Of a stretch of 64,000 nt of DNA, positions 53,242 through 64,000 are shown one piece after another. The notes under the pieces are model-generated. The model made no database searches and was not told the DNA's origin. It was given only the letters and a program-made list of their open reading frames with translations. Position 1 is the stretch's first letter; every line of letters begins with the position of its first letter. The translations under genes and the position numbers were made by a program. Source of the stretch: Podarcis melisellensis (lineage: Eukaryota); the NCBI GenBank assembly GCA_964234715.1, contig OZ174286.1. One strand, 5' to 3'.

Positions 53242-53949
53242 CTGAAACAAGGGAAAGGGAAATGAGTTAATGTATTTGCACTTTTAGCAAAACATTTTGA
53301 GCATAACAAAAAGAATTTATCTGGAACGCCTCCAAGTCTTGCACTCTTGCTTAGCTCCCATAAATTCCAATCAGACGTGTTATGGCCAGATATCAACTGG
53401 ATTTGTGTATTTCACACAACTAAGCAAAGGCAAGTAAAACACCTATTACACCTACTTTTTTTGGCCTTGGGAGTTGGATGACCGACAGAGTTTTTTTGTA
53501 TATACCGTTTACTGAACAGAAAGAGTTTGCCTTATCTAGAAGGTTTGTATGTATAACATAATCTCTATGGCGATGCTGATTTAATTATGCATTTATTATT
53601 CTATTTATTGTGTACATTGCTTGATGTTGTGTAACCCACCTTGTGACCTTATGTGATGGGCAGAATATACGTTTTTAATAAATAACTAAATATTTGTCCT
53701 CTTGTCCTTCGCTTTTATGAATCCATTCTTTTACATATTTTATTACACCTTCTATTTATAATTCCTCCCCCAATATCTCTCTTGGTCCAGCTTGCCATAC
53801 TTTAAAAAATCCTGAAAGTCTTATTTCTTCACATGTTTCCCCAGCTTTATTTCTTGCTGGTCCCTAGTTTTGAATACACCCTCTCTTCCTCTTCTTTCTT
53901 CACTTCCATCTAGCCCCTGTAAACTTAGAAGTCTGTAAACTTACAAGCA

Positions 53950-54150
53950 GAGAGCCAGTGTGTTTAGACCGTTGGTCTAGGACTAGGGAGACCCAGGTTC
54001 AAATCCCCACTAAGCCACAGAGGTCACTGGCTGATCTTGGGACATTTACTCTCACTCTCAGACTAATCTAGCTCAAGGGTTTCTTGTGTGGATAAAAAGC
54101 ACCATGTGCACTGCCTTGAGCTCCTGGGAGGAAAGGTAGAAATTAATGCA
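53950..54150 (+). mobile_element. MIR-like tRNA-derived SINE
   Basis: GGACTAGGGAGACCCAGGTTCAAATCCCCAC...GATCTTGGGACA...CTCTCAG core. Ends approximate. Confidence 0.6.
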
Positions 54151-54500
54151 GCAAAAGCAATACCATCATCATTATTTTATTTTATATTATTTTACTTTAT
54201 TTTTGTAGCTCTGGTGCTGCATAATGTAGCGAGAGTGAAAGAAAGAAGCCACTTCAGTATTCTTACTACTATATATTAAAAGCATTTGTCCTAGGACACT
54301 GAAATGCCAAAGGCCTACTTCAACTATTCCCTTCCAGCACTCCTGTAAGAAAGGGAATAGAAGTTAAACACCGTAAGTATGCCACAATTCTTTGTTAATC
54401 AGTATGCTCATTATTATCATGAAATATTGTCTGGTCAACTGTTCTATATAATGAACCCATTTGTTTTCTTTCAACGTAGCCTGGAGCCATAGCCTCTTAC

Positions 54501-54809
54501 CTGGTGGAGGAGGTGTTGGTGGAAGAGGTGTTGGTGGTCTACAAGGGGCAGGTATAAGAGCATGGACAGACAAGTCAAGGCTGAAATTTCCCAGAAGTTT
54601 ATATGTGTGCATCTGAACAGAATTGTTGGAAACAAATAAGCCGCTGCCATCTCCAAAATTCCAGCGGTAGGAAATAGCAGAGTGGTTCAGGTAGTGGCTA
54701 GGATCGTGAATCTGGACATCAAATGTAATAGGGATATCCTTGATGAAAATGTAGTCTGAGGCGTTGCGATCGTTCTTCTGAGTCATGTTCACATAGAAAG
54801 GGATTTTAT
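54501..54809 (-). CDS. GPNMB: GPNMB exon 6 (309 bp; PKD domain DKIPFYVNMTQKNDRN...HDPSHYLNHSAISYRWNFGDGSG... plus Pro-rich PPTPLPPTPPPP)
   Basis: cag|ATAAAATC...CCACCAG|gtaaga; WNFGDG PKD signature. Confidence 0.97.
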
Positions 54810-55064
54810 CTGCATAGAAAACGAGGCCAAGCAAAAGGATGAGATTGTGGTTGGACTCAAGATAGGTAATCCTTGGGAACTGAAAAACCATAGAGGTAAC
54901 AAAATTCGATGAAGCTCTCATATTTAGGAGATGTCTTCGCACAAACCAATTTTTTGTGGTATACAAAGTTCACATGCACACAATACAATTAAAACACTAT
55001 TGTACTATGTTATTTAAACCATTCAGGTTTGCTAAGTTATTATTTATTTAACCTACCCACTTAC

Positions 55065-55223
55065 CTGTTACGACATAAACAACATTTGCTGTGGCTACTG
55101 GTTGAAACGATCGATAATTTCGCCTATAAACTGATAATTCCATAATTTGATTGCCAAGTGTGATATTTGTTGTGTTGACGGACACCATAGCTGAAGAACC
55201 TCCCGTCGTTTGATAATACTGGC
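55065..55223 (-). CDS. GPNMB: GPNMB exon 5 (159 bp; GQYYQTTGGSSAMVSVNTTNITLGNQIMELSVYRRNYRSFQPVATANVVYVVT)
   Basis: cag|GCCAGT...GTAACAG|gtaagt. Confidence 0.95.
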
Positions 55224-56473
55224 CTGCAAAAAAGGGGAAATATGGGGGGAAAAGGATTATCGCTGTGGAACTGGTCAGGCTTGCAATTCTTTTTCCTTTT
55301 GAACATAGGCACCCATTTCACTCGAGTAGGTAAACACACTTATCCTTTCCCACAAGTTAGTAAATAAATCAATAAAACTTTCTGAAAACAGTTCTAAAAA
55401 GGGATTGCATTTGTTCCAATCATTATTACACAGAGGTCAGGGAAATGTATGTGGTGGTTTTGCCATTTTACCTCCACTGCTCTTTGGGATGAGATAGGAG
55501 AGAGATGGAGATTAAACCAAGGTCACTCATTTAAGTTCATGACGGAGCATGAATTTGGACACAGGTTCCCTCCATCCAACATCAACGTTCTATCCACTTG
55601 CACTTAAAAGCCCAAGACAGTCTCACTGTGACTGTACAAACATGAATAAACCAATACTGGCATTGACTACCAATAGGTCAAAATGGATGCTCCACCACTG
55701 AATTAGGATCCCTCCCCATTGTTTTCTGTTGCGCAATCACTGCTCATATCATGGAAGGCATAAGAGGACATACCAGGGGGAGCTAGAAAATAACTTTATT
55801 ATCTCTCACCAACAAGATCGAAACAGACGAGAAACAACTCTATTCTTTTTCTTACTATTTAATAGACAGATCACCTTACAAAATATAAACATCTTCCCAA
55901 GGTAGCATATACAATATGAAGGACAAGTTTTAAAACTAAACATCAAAAGTTAAAAGAAAATAAAACAGAAAGGGCATTTCAAGTCAGAAATCCCACCTTA
56001 AATATGAAACTCCTACGGCCATTAAAAATGCACATTATCAAAACACTTCCTAATTACAAACACATATCATAATTGTATATATCCTGCTTTCCCAGAGTTG
56101 TTTAAATGCCTGTCATATGAGCTGTTCTCCTATAAACTGTAAATCCACTCAGGAAAGACTGCATTTGAAAAAAAGTGTCTGACTTCTGAAATTCAGAAAA
56201 GTCAACAAAAGAGCTTCTGTTGTCTCAGAGCAGCTCTGAACTGACTGTCCTCTACATGAGGACCACATTATTTCATATAAGTCTTTCTTTATATGTAAAG
56301 AAGTTTACAAAGCATCTTAAGTGTCTTCTTTTTAAAGCTAAATAATTATTGTTATGATTTTATTAGTAGCAACAAGTACTAATATTAGAAGTAACAAATA
56401 CAATTAGTAGCAACAAGTACTACTAGTTATTAGTAATAACACAGTAAGCTAAAGGTGCATTTTTAGGACTGAC

Positions 56474-56656
56474 CGAGAGTGTGAAACACATAAATGAAGT
56501 TTCTCCTCCTCCAATCTTTGTGACGAGGGAAAGGTCTGCCATCTGGAAACACATTGTGACTACTGTTATGAGAGCAATTCTGCCCGTCACAGTCGTCAAT
56601 CCACTGAGTCCAGTTGTAAACATACAGGTCAGGAAGATTTGCATAATCAGAAGAAC
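56474..56656 (-). CDS. GPNMB: GPNMB exon 4 (183 bp; SSDYANLPDLYVYNWTQWIDDCDGQNCSHNSSHNVFPDGRPFPRHKDWRRRNFIYVFHTL)
   Basis: aag|GTTCTT...ACTCTCG|gtcagt; VFPDG.PFP motif. Confidence 0.95.
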
Positions 56657-57377
56657 CTTGAAGCAAAGGAAAGGAAAAATGAAAAGAAGGAAACCTTTTC
56701 AGGAAAGTCAGTAAAGACTCAGGTGGAATCTAGACACATATAAAAACTGCTTTGAAAATGCTTTTTTTAAAAAACGTTTTTAAAAATACATTGAATTTTC
56801 CATAAGGCTCACCACCGCCACCTAGTGCCACATTGTATATTGCACTTAAAACACACTCAAAACGTTTTATCCGCTGCTGTGTAGCTGAACACAGCAGGTC
56901 TTATTTCTGAGTAAACAGCGACCTGGCATTTATATGAAATTGGATTTGTGGCTTGCAACGCCACAAAACTCCCATCAAACTTTTGTAAAGTAAATACAGT
57001 ACTTCAAGGAAGCATCATAATTATAACCAAGGAAATCTCATCTGTTATGAGCCCACAAGTCACTCCCAGCAAACATATCATGTCAGCTATCCCATGTATC
57101 ATGTAAGAAATTGAAAAAGGTGGAGAAGTAAAGAACTTTCCTAGTACATCAGGAATATGTCTGCCTATCACCAGGGTCTCCCATCCCACTGGAGTCAAAG
57201 CACAATGTCCGTAAATCTCTATGAGTCCCATCAGGACCACCACCGAGCCACAGAGGCTCTGTCACTTTGCTTTTTTTGTACAGAATAGAATTTTAGAAAG
57301 TGTACAGATACAAGACACAGGGCAAAGCCTGAGAACCATTCACACTCCTAGCATATGCAGGTACTTTCATTACTTGC

Positions 57378-57521
57378 CGTTGATGCAGTGTTGATCGTAT
57401 ATTATATTGCTGTCATTATCTTCTCTTTGACATCTGGGAAACTTGAGGATCACATTAAAAGACACATTGGATCCCACCAGAGCTGGACTGTCACTGGTCA
57501 GACTGGCCACAACCCTTCCCC
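57378..57521 (-). CDS. GPNMB: GPNMB exon 3 (144 bp; GRVVASLTSDSPALVGSNVSFNVILKFPRCQREDNDSNIIYDQHCIN); followed by a GC donor
   Basis: cag|GGGGAAGG...ATCAACG|gcaagt; only the GC donor gives the phase 1 that exon 4 needs. Confidence 0.93.
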
Positions 57522-59201
57522 CTGAGGAAGTCAAGATGCATTTGTTTATCACTCCCGGTTATATCTCACGTTTCATATAGGATTTCAAAGTAGCATGCAA
57601 TGTTTTCTCCCTGCACCCCCACTCCATTTTATCCTCATAGGCAACCCTGTACATTATGTAGGATATTTCCAAAACATTTCTTATTCATTGGTGATCTTCA
57701 AAATTACACTGTAACATGGAACAGACTCCCCCCTTTTTCAGAATGTTATTTAATTGCATTAATTTATATTCAAATAAAGCAGCATAATGTCACAGGTTTA
57801 GAATTCAGTTGCACTGCAGTTTGTTTTGTTATGTTAATTGCCATCCTCCACTTATCTGTTATCTGCATGTAGGTGTTTTGCATTTATTGCGTCTTTTGCA
57901 ATAATCAATTTTGAAGGTGTTAGTCTGAAACTATTGAGCAATATGATTTCAATATGCTCAGATAACTATTTTTGTAATAGCATTATTTAAAGACCTAAGG
58001 AACACTTACATCGCGTTATTCTCTTAATACCTCCAATGTCTCTGAATGGATCCAAAATGTTTGGATAGTAGAACATGACCACCACATATAGATGCAGTCT
58101 ACTAATAATAAACGCAAAAACAACATGTATATGTGTATGTATTGTTTTTATATTTTGCATGGCATCAAATTGTTGGGTTTTATTAATATTGATGTGGCCG
58201 ATGGTGCTACTCAGAGGTGTGTTTGTAATTATAACCTGCATGGCAGCACATCTGTGAGCTCTTGACAATTCAGCACACCTGTGGTATCTTAACAATTTAA
58301 CTAATTAGCAGGGGGAGTTTACCTGCTGCACCGAATGCAGCAATGTGATAGGTTAATTGATTATTTGAAAACTGTATGTAAGTTGATCAAGTGGTATAGT
58401 GTCTACTTTTATAGGAATACTGTTATGGAATGCTGCTGAGGAATGGTGGTGAGAAGGGGTGTTTTGCAGTTGTTTGATTATTATTGAAAAATAAAGTAAG
58501 TAAAGATAATGCGGGCAAGTTTTTATTCCATCACCCCAGTCGCTGCACAAGCTCGGTTGGCGAAGAAGGCCCAACACAAATACCAACAGTATAACAACTT
58601 ATACTTTTATTTCAAATGAGAGTGATAGAGTTTGCTCAGTCTCTCCCACAAAATTCAGTCTGATTCACTAATTGTCAGAGGTCTGTTTCATTTGTGCTCC
58701 CCTGTTCTAAAGTCACTCCCTGGACAGATCTGTCAGCACTCAAATCTGGATCCCTTCAGAAATCAAGGTTGTAGCTTGCTGGGGGTGCTGAGAGCTGTTA
58801 GGAGACCACAATTTTCCTCACAAAGCTACAATTCTCAGAGTTCCCGGTGAAGAGGACTAGATTGTTAACCCACTGGGAATTCTAAAAAATATTCAGAAAA
58901 TTAAAGAAAGCAATTGCATAATGAATGGGGAAACACCACTATTAAGCTAAGAGACCAGATAATTCAAAAATGACAATAAATAATATTTTCACAAATACAA
59001 ACAGGTTTTAAAGTCGAAAAGTTCTGAGGCAACGTCCTATATTCCTAAGTGTTGGCATAAAAATAAGAGCCATTTTAAATGTTAAATGCAGAACAAAAAT
59101 ACCGTTCTGACCTTGTTCCTATTTGCAATGTGTCATCAACATTATTACATACTGACCCTGCATCTCCTCCCATTGAGCCAGACTGATCTTTCATGTTTTA
59201 C

Positions 59202-59354
59202 CTTTCCAGCAGTCTTTCCATCTGGGATCTCCTTCTTCCCAATATGGGTAAAGCTTGTCATTCCAGTTGCTGTGATCGGAGGACCAGCTGCTTAGCCCCC
59301 TATGGAACTTGGCGTGAGAAGGTGCCCTTCCTCGACTCATCACATCTCGAAATT
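59202..59354 (-). CDS. GPNMB: GPNMB exon 2 (153 bp; FRDVMSRGRAPSHAKFHRGLSSWSSDHSNWNDKLYPYWEEGDPRWKDCWK). Exon 1 not found in the window.
   Basis: tag|AATTTCGA...TGGAAAG|gtaaaa; WN.KLYP.W motif. Confidence 0.94.
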
Positions 59355-59760
59355 CTAGAAAGAAGGGTTAACAAGGGAGAAAGCGTTAGCACAGTCCCTT
59401 TGCCTTATTTGACATACACTGAACTGCCAAGGCAAACCCCATAACAAAACATTGCGAAGAAAGCACATGTCTGAGCTATAACTCTCTGAGGTTTTTCCTT
59501 TGCCTGTGGTATGTTCAAAGGCTAAAAGGGGAATAAATGAACATTCTATAATGCTCATCTTTGCTTTCTCAAGAACACTCTACAAATGTTTTGGGGGGTT
59601 GTAAATGAGTAATAGTTGCATGCAAACCAATTGCAGCTGGATGTTTGAAGGAACATTACAAAATTATATTTAGAAGTTTAAAGAATGCCTGTTTGACATG
59701 TGTCCATGTTTACATAACTGCGATGAGTGAAATCATAGGAAGCACAGCAGCAGCTCACAT

Positions 59761-59900
59761 TCATAGAATTGTAGAGTTGGAAGGGACGCTGAAGATCATT
59801 TAGTCCAACCCCCTGCAATACAGGAATATGCAGCTGTCCCATACGGGGATTGAACCTCCGACCTTGGTACTATCAGCACCATGATTGAACAAACTGAGCC
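59761..59900 (-). mobile_element. tRNA-Ile-like-headed SINE with CR1-type tail
   Basis: Minus strand GCTCAG...ATGGTGCTGATAGTACCAAGGTCGGAGGTTCAATCCCC followed by GCAGGGGGTTGGACTA...CCTTCCAACTCTACAATTCTATGA. Confidence 0.75.
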
Positions 59901-62118
59901 ATCAGGTTCTCATACCATGACACAAACTCTCCTTGTCACCTTTCCTTGCAATGTATTGTTTACATGCGCTACAATCACAAAGTGGTGAGTTTGCGGGGGT
60001 ACCAGTGCATACCCTCTGGTTTGGTTTCATTTTAAATTGTCATAAGCCCCTCTGAGTAGCGCAGAGGCACAAGAAGGATGGAACAGACATTTCTGTGCAA
60101 AATAAATAAATCTTGCTTCGTGTGAGCAGGGCTGGTAAAGAGTTGAGAAATCCTTTTCCACATCTCTGCCACAGGTCTTTAAGGAATGACTTACCTGTCA
60201 TGTTACTCGAGATGGCTTAATTAATCAACAGCCTGCCTTAATTGTGTGTTGCAGTGGAGCAAGAACACACTTGTTAAAAGCAGAATCTGAGCCAGGAGCC
60301 AGGACATTTCTAAGGCTACACCTTGCAGAAGATCATAATCGTGCATCATATGATGGGATTGCTGCATGTTCCTGCCTTCCGCTCAGCTGCTTTGCATTTT
60401 CATTCAGGTTTCAAAAAATTCCCATTATTGTAAAAGCTTTTGGTAGATGTTTTTAACTTCCAGAGCTTCTGATACAATGTGGTGCTAAACTCAAAATGTG
60501 GGAAATTCTTACGACCTGGTGACTCTTTGGTTCTTCTAAAACAGGAATGGGGCACCTCTAGCATATGAGCCAATCTTGGCCCACCAATCTGGCCTGCAAG
60601 GACATTTCCCCTTGCCTACCCATCACCTAATGGTCAAGGGGTAGAGTTGCCAGTTCCTTCTGTTCGGGGAATGTGCTGATGGAGAAGCCCCCTGCAGAAA
60701 GCAGAACTGAAGTCTAAACTCATCAGCTGATGTGGGGGGAGTTGTGGACTGAGCAGCTTCATCAGTACCTTTCCTGTGAGGAATGCAAAGGTGAAACAAA
60801 TTCCCTACCAAATTGATTGATTGTGATAGGTTGGTGGGACCCCTAGCTGGCAAGGTTGGCCCATGGGGTGTGGGGGGAGATAAATATCTGTCCCACCAGG
60901 CCAAAAAAATTTCCCCTGTGATAAAGGTTTAAACAAACATGAGCCCCTGAAATCAATGATGGTGACACACATCACTGATTTATTTGTGGAGACTTCACAA
61001 AATGTTTCTGTTTCATGTTGGTCCTTAAGGATTATATACTATGATGTCCTATTCAGAGTAGACTTATTGAAATTAATGAACCTGTGTTAGTCATGTCTAT
61101 TACTTTCAATGTGTCAACTCTGAGTAGGGCTAGTATTATTAAATACCTCCCTAAGGGCAGTCCAAAAGCAAGCCTTTTTGTGGGGGGTGCAGAATTTTGC
61201 GCTTACATTTTCCTCACTGAGTTTCCACATATGACTTACCAAATCATTAGCTCAAGGCTGTCTGAACTCCACTTCACCACCACTTCATAGAGACAGAGAC
61301 TTCATTATCCACTCCCCCCTCCACTTGAAAAATGCATAAGAGTCAAATAATAGGATTTTTTACTTTACTGGTATAAAAATATCGCTTATTATAAATGAAA
61401 TTGTTAATCACATCATCTGGCCTAGTGGATGAATGCCGTAGAAAAATTCCTTTAAAGATTGTGCTCATTTCTAGCGAACTTCAAGACACTTCGTACAGTG
61501 ATCACATTTGTGTCAGCCTCAACAACAAGGAAAGAATGTCTATGACAGTTTTTCCCCCTTGTTATGAAAGAGCAAGAATAAATTGCTACCAGATGAAGAG
61601 AGACTTTGTTCATCAAAACATCCAACATTACAGTGAATAGTTCAGAAAGGGTTGCAAGTTCTGACTCTATGCAATGCATAACTCCAAATTATTTTCACCT
61701 GAAGCAATTGCCATTCCACTTGGTTTTGTATTCACAATCACTAATGTGGATTAGAATCACTTCCCCAACTGGAATGGTCGGGAATTTATTTATTCATTTA
61801 TAATCATATTTGTACTTAGCTAGCCTGGCTTTGACATCTCATTGGCAGCAATGTGCCAACTCACACCTGGCTCATGATTGACAGAGGTGTGGTGCTCCCT
61901 TACACCTTACAAGACCCCCAGGCCCAGGACTAAGAACCCCAGGCAGGCATCCTGTGTGGCAGCCCCTAGTGAAATCCATAACTGGAGAACAGTCATAGCG
62001 GCCATGTTGGGCCATGAAAAGAAAGTAGGTCAAGCTCTAGTAGGCCAACCTTAAAATAGAATTTTAAAAAGTGCTACGCATGGTTTCAAGTTCTTTAGAA
62101 TGCTACATCAGTCTAGAT

Positions 62119-62121
<3 letters not shown>

Positions 62122-62191
<70 letters not shown>
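62122..62191. repeat. (AG)n microsatellite, about 35 perfect units
   Basis: Read directly from the sequence. Confidence 0.97.
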
Positions 62192-62194
<3 letters not shown>

Positions 62195-62652
62195 TGGCTA
62201 AGGGTCTTAAGATGGAGAGTGGGAGGTAGCAGACACCCAACTGTGTCAAGTGATCTTGAGCTTGCAACTCATAAGCCCAGCCCTTTATGCTCTTTCCTGG
62301 AAGAAAGTCTGATTGATCTCATGATCATCAAACTAAGCAATCCTAGAACTGAGGCTGGGCTGAGAACTGTTCTCGCCCTCCTGGACTCGCCTCTCTGCTC
62401 CAAGCGTATGGGCTGCCCTTTGAGAGAAAACAGCAAACTTAAGAGCTCTTTGTGCTCCCTCAACACAGCTCAGTTCAGTTCAGAGAGATAGGAATCATTT
62501 GGCGTTCAAGGTTTCAAAAGACACAGGAGGAGAATATAGATTTTGCAGAAGTTTTGAGCACGTTCCCCCTGCACATCTGATGGTCAAACTAGGCGTGGCA
62601 TTCAGCGTGCACAACCCATATGCACATTCACAATCCCCTCCTGGTCACCTTG

Positions 62653-62815
62653 GGGAAAGGGCTGTAGCTTAGTTGGAGAGCATCTTCTTTGACTGCAGAA
62701 TCTCTAGGTAGGGCTGGGATAGGACCCAGTCTGGAACCCAAGAGAGCTGCTGGCAGTCAATGTAAACAACACTAAACTAGATGAGCCAATGGTCTGATCC
62801 AGTATCTGGAATCTT
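62653..62815 (+). mobile_element. tRNA-derived SINE
   Basis: GGGCTGTAGCTTAGTTGGAGAGCATC head...GAGCTGCTGGCAGTCAATGTA...GAGCCAATGGTCTGATCCAGTAT. Confidence 0.6.
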
Positions 62816-63102
62816 CATATGTGGCAATGTAGTGGGGTGTGTTTTTTATCAATAGCAACCACAGGAGAGATCAACCCAGACTGGGACCATGGTGTGGACA
62901 GAAGGATTGAACTCTGTCCTGGTCATGGTCCCAAGTTGAGATTCCCCCTTCCCCATGGCTGCTGTATGCCCCAGAAGAGAGCTGAATCGGTGTTACTGGC
63001 ACCAATAAGACCTGCAGGGCACAGAGCACCCAGCTAGTGTCGATTTCCCAATATGCTCACATTGCACACTTAATAATACCCTAGGTTTTGAGAACAGAAA
63101 AG

Positions 63103-63262
63103 CAGCTTTATACTGAGTCAGACCACAGGCTCATCTACCTCTGTACTGTCTACAGTGACCGGGTTTCAGACACGGGATTCTCTCAGCCCTGTCTTGAGAT
63201 CCCTGGGATCAAACCTGGGACCTGCATGCAGAGCAGATCCTCTACCACTGAGCCCTTCCCCA
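63103..63262 (-). mobile_element. tRNA-derived SINE, same family as 62653-62815, opposite orientation
   Basis: Minus strand GCTCAGTGGTAGAG...CCCAGGTTTGATCCC...GAGCCTGTGGTCTGACTCAGTATAAAGCTGCTT. Confidence 0.6.
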
Positions 63263-63944
63263 TACCCTGAGCTCCCCATGTGCAGAAAGAGGAAAATGAT
63301 GTTTGCTCTTGCACCATGCAAAGCTGTATCTTGTTCCTATAGGCCCTGCATTCCACACGTCTGGTTTCATATTAAAACACTAAAGTGCTGATAAATCCCC
63401 AGTCTCTCTTATCAGGGCCAGACAAGTGAATCAACTCTGAACATGAGAGGTGGAGTAGACAGAGAAGGAAATTTGAAGCCATATCGTCCCTGCGCTTCTA
63501 TATTAACTATGGCTGTATTTTGTGTGCAGAGCTTGCTCAAATCTTTCTTCCACTCATCCATATCCCTAAGGGGCAAGTGACATGTTAGGGACTAAGGTGT
63601 GCAACAATGCCCCAACAATTGTTTTAAAGCAGAAGTGGCAGGAGAGGGGGCTGCTCTGCTTTCTCCCCACTTCCAATTTCACAGATACAAAATTTGCTCC
63701 CCAGGAGATCCTCCCTACTCCAAGTTCAAAGTGTGTGCTTGCACCCTCACACATTGGGGCAGGGGGAGAAACTGGAGCGGAAAAAGCCATGCAACCCCTC
63801 TACCATTTTAACATCCTCCTCCTTTCTTTCTTTTTTTTCATTTTTCAAAAGAATGCTGCTGGGGCATGTCTTTATATAAGTGGTATCCCTTTTGGCAACC
63901 TTATAATATGCTGCTTAGAAATGATGGCATTAAGCAGCATGCCT

Positions 63945-64000
63945 GGATAGCTCAGCTGGCTAAAGCATGGTGCTGATAATGCCAAGGTTGCAGGATCGAT
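63945..64000 (+). mobile_element. tRNA-Ile-like SINE head, cut by the window edge
   Basis: GGATAGCTCAGCTGGCTAAAGCATGGTGCTGATAATGCCAAGGTTGCAGGATCGAT; same family as 59761-59900. Confidence 0.6.

Noticed and set aside
56362-56422. Repeat-spacer-repeat patterns (ATTAGTAGCAACAAGTACTA twice; also 40772-40842) resembling a mini CRISPR array
   Set aside because: Only two copies each, in vertebrate introns, with no cas genes; these are simple local duplications.
60186-60420. Strong minus-strand donor CAG|GTAAGT near 60194 as the end of GPNMB exon 1
   Set aside because: I found no upstream ATG-initiated signal peptide in frame. A non-coding or cryptic exon cannot be excluded.
61911-62005. Hydrophobic minus-strand mini-ORF (MAAMTVLQLWISLGAATQDACLGFLVLGLGVL) as candidate GPNMB exon 1
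   Set aside because: The adjacent donor gives phase 2 but exon 2 needs phase 1, and there is no promoter context. Exon 1 probably lies beyond 64000.
62117-62491. 124-aa ORF with (ER)n
   Set aside because: Translation of the (AG)n microsatellite.

Overview
Eukaryotic DNA from a squamate reptile (Sauria-type SINEs and a BovB LINE suggest a lizard, possibly lacertid; inference). The window covers the GPNMB-MALSU1-IGF2BP3 block, with the same gene order and relative orientation as in human. Plus strand: the last 12 coding exons of IGF2BP3 (exons 4-15 by human numbering; RRM2 and KH1-4; stop at 31310) and a ~2.5 kb 3'UTR with clustered let-7 sites. Minus strand: complete 4-exon MALSU1 (230 aa, CpG-island promoter) and GPNMB exons 2-11 (exon 1 not found). 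All exons were joined by hand and keep frame. Two introns need non-canonical GC-AG donors, both AACG|GCAAGTA. Introns carry a 5'-truncated L1 with two nested MITEs, BovB, L2 and CR1 fragments, five Sauria SINEs, tRNA-derived SINEs, hAT and Tc1/mariner MITEs, and microsatellites. I found no novel multi-gene system; the most interesting signals are splicing and post-transcriptional features of known genes. Exon numbering and comparisons with human come from recall, not alignment.
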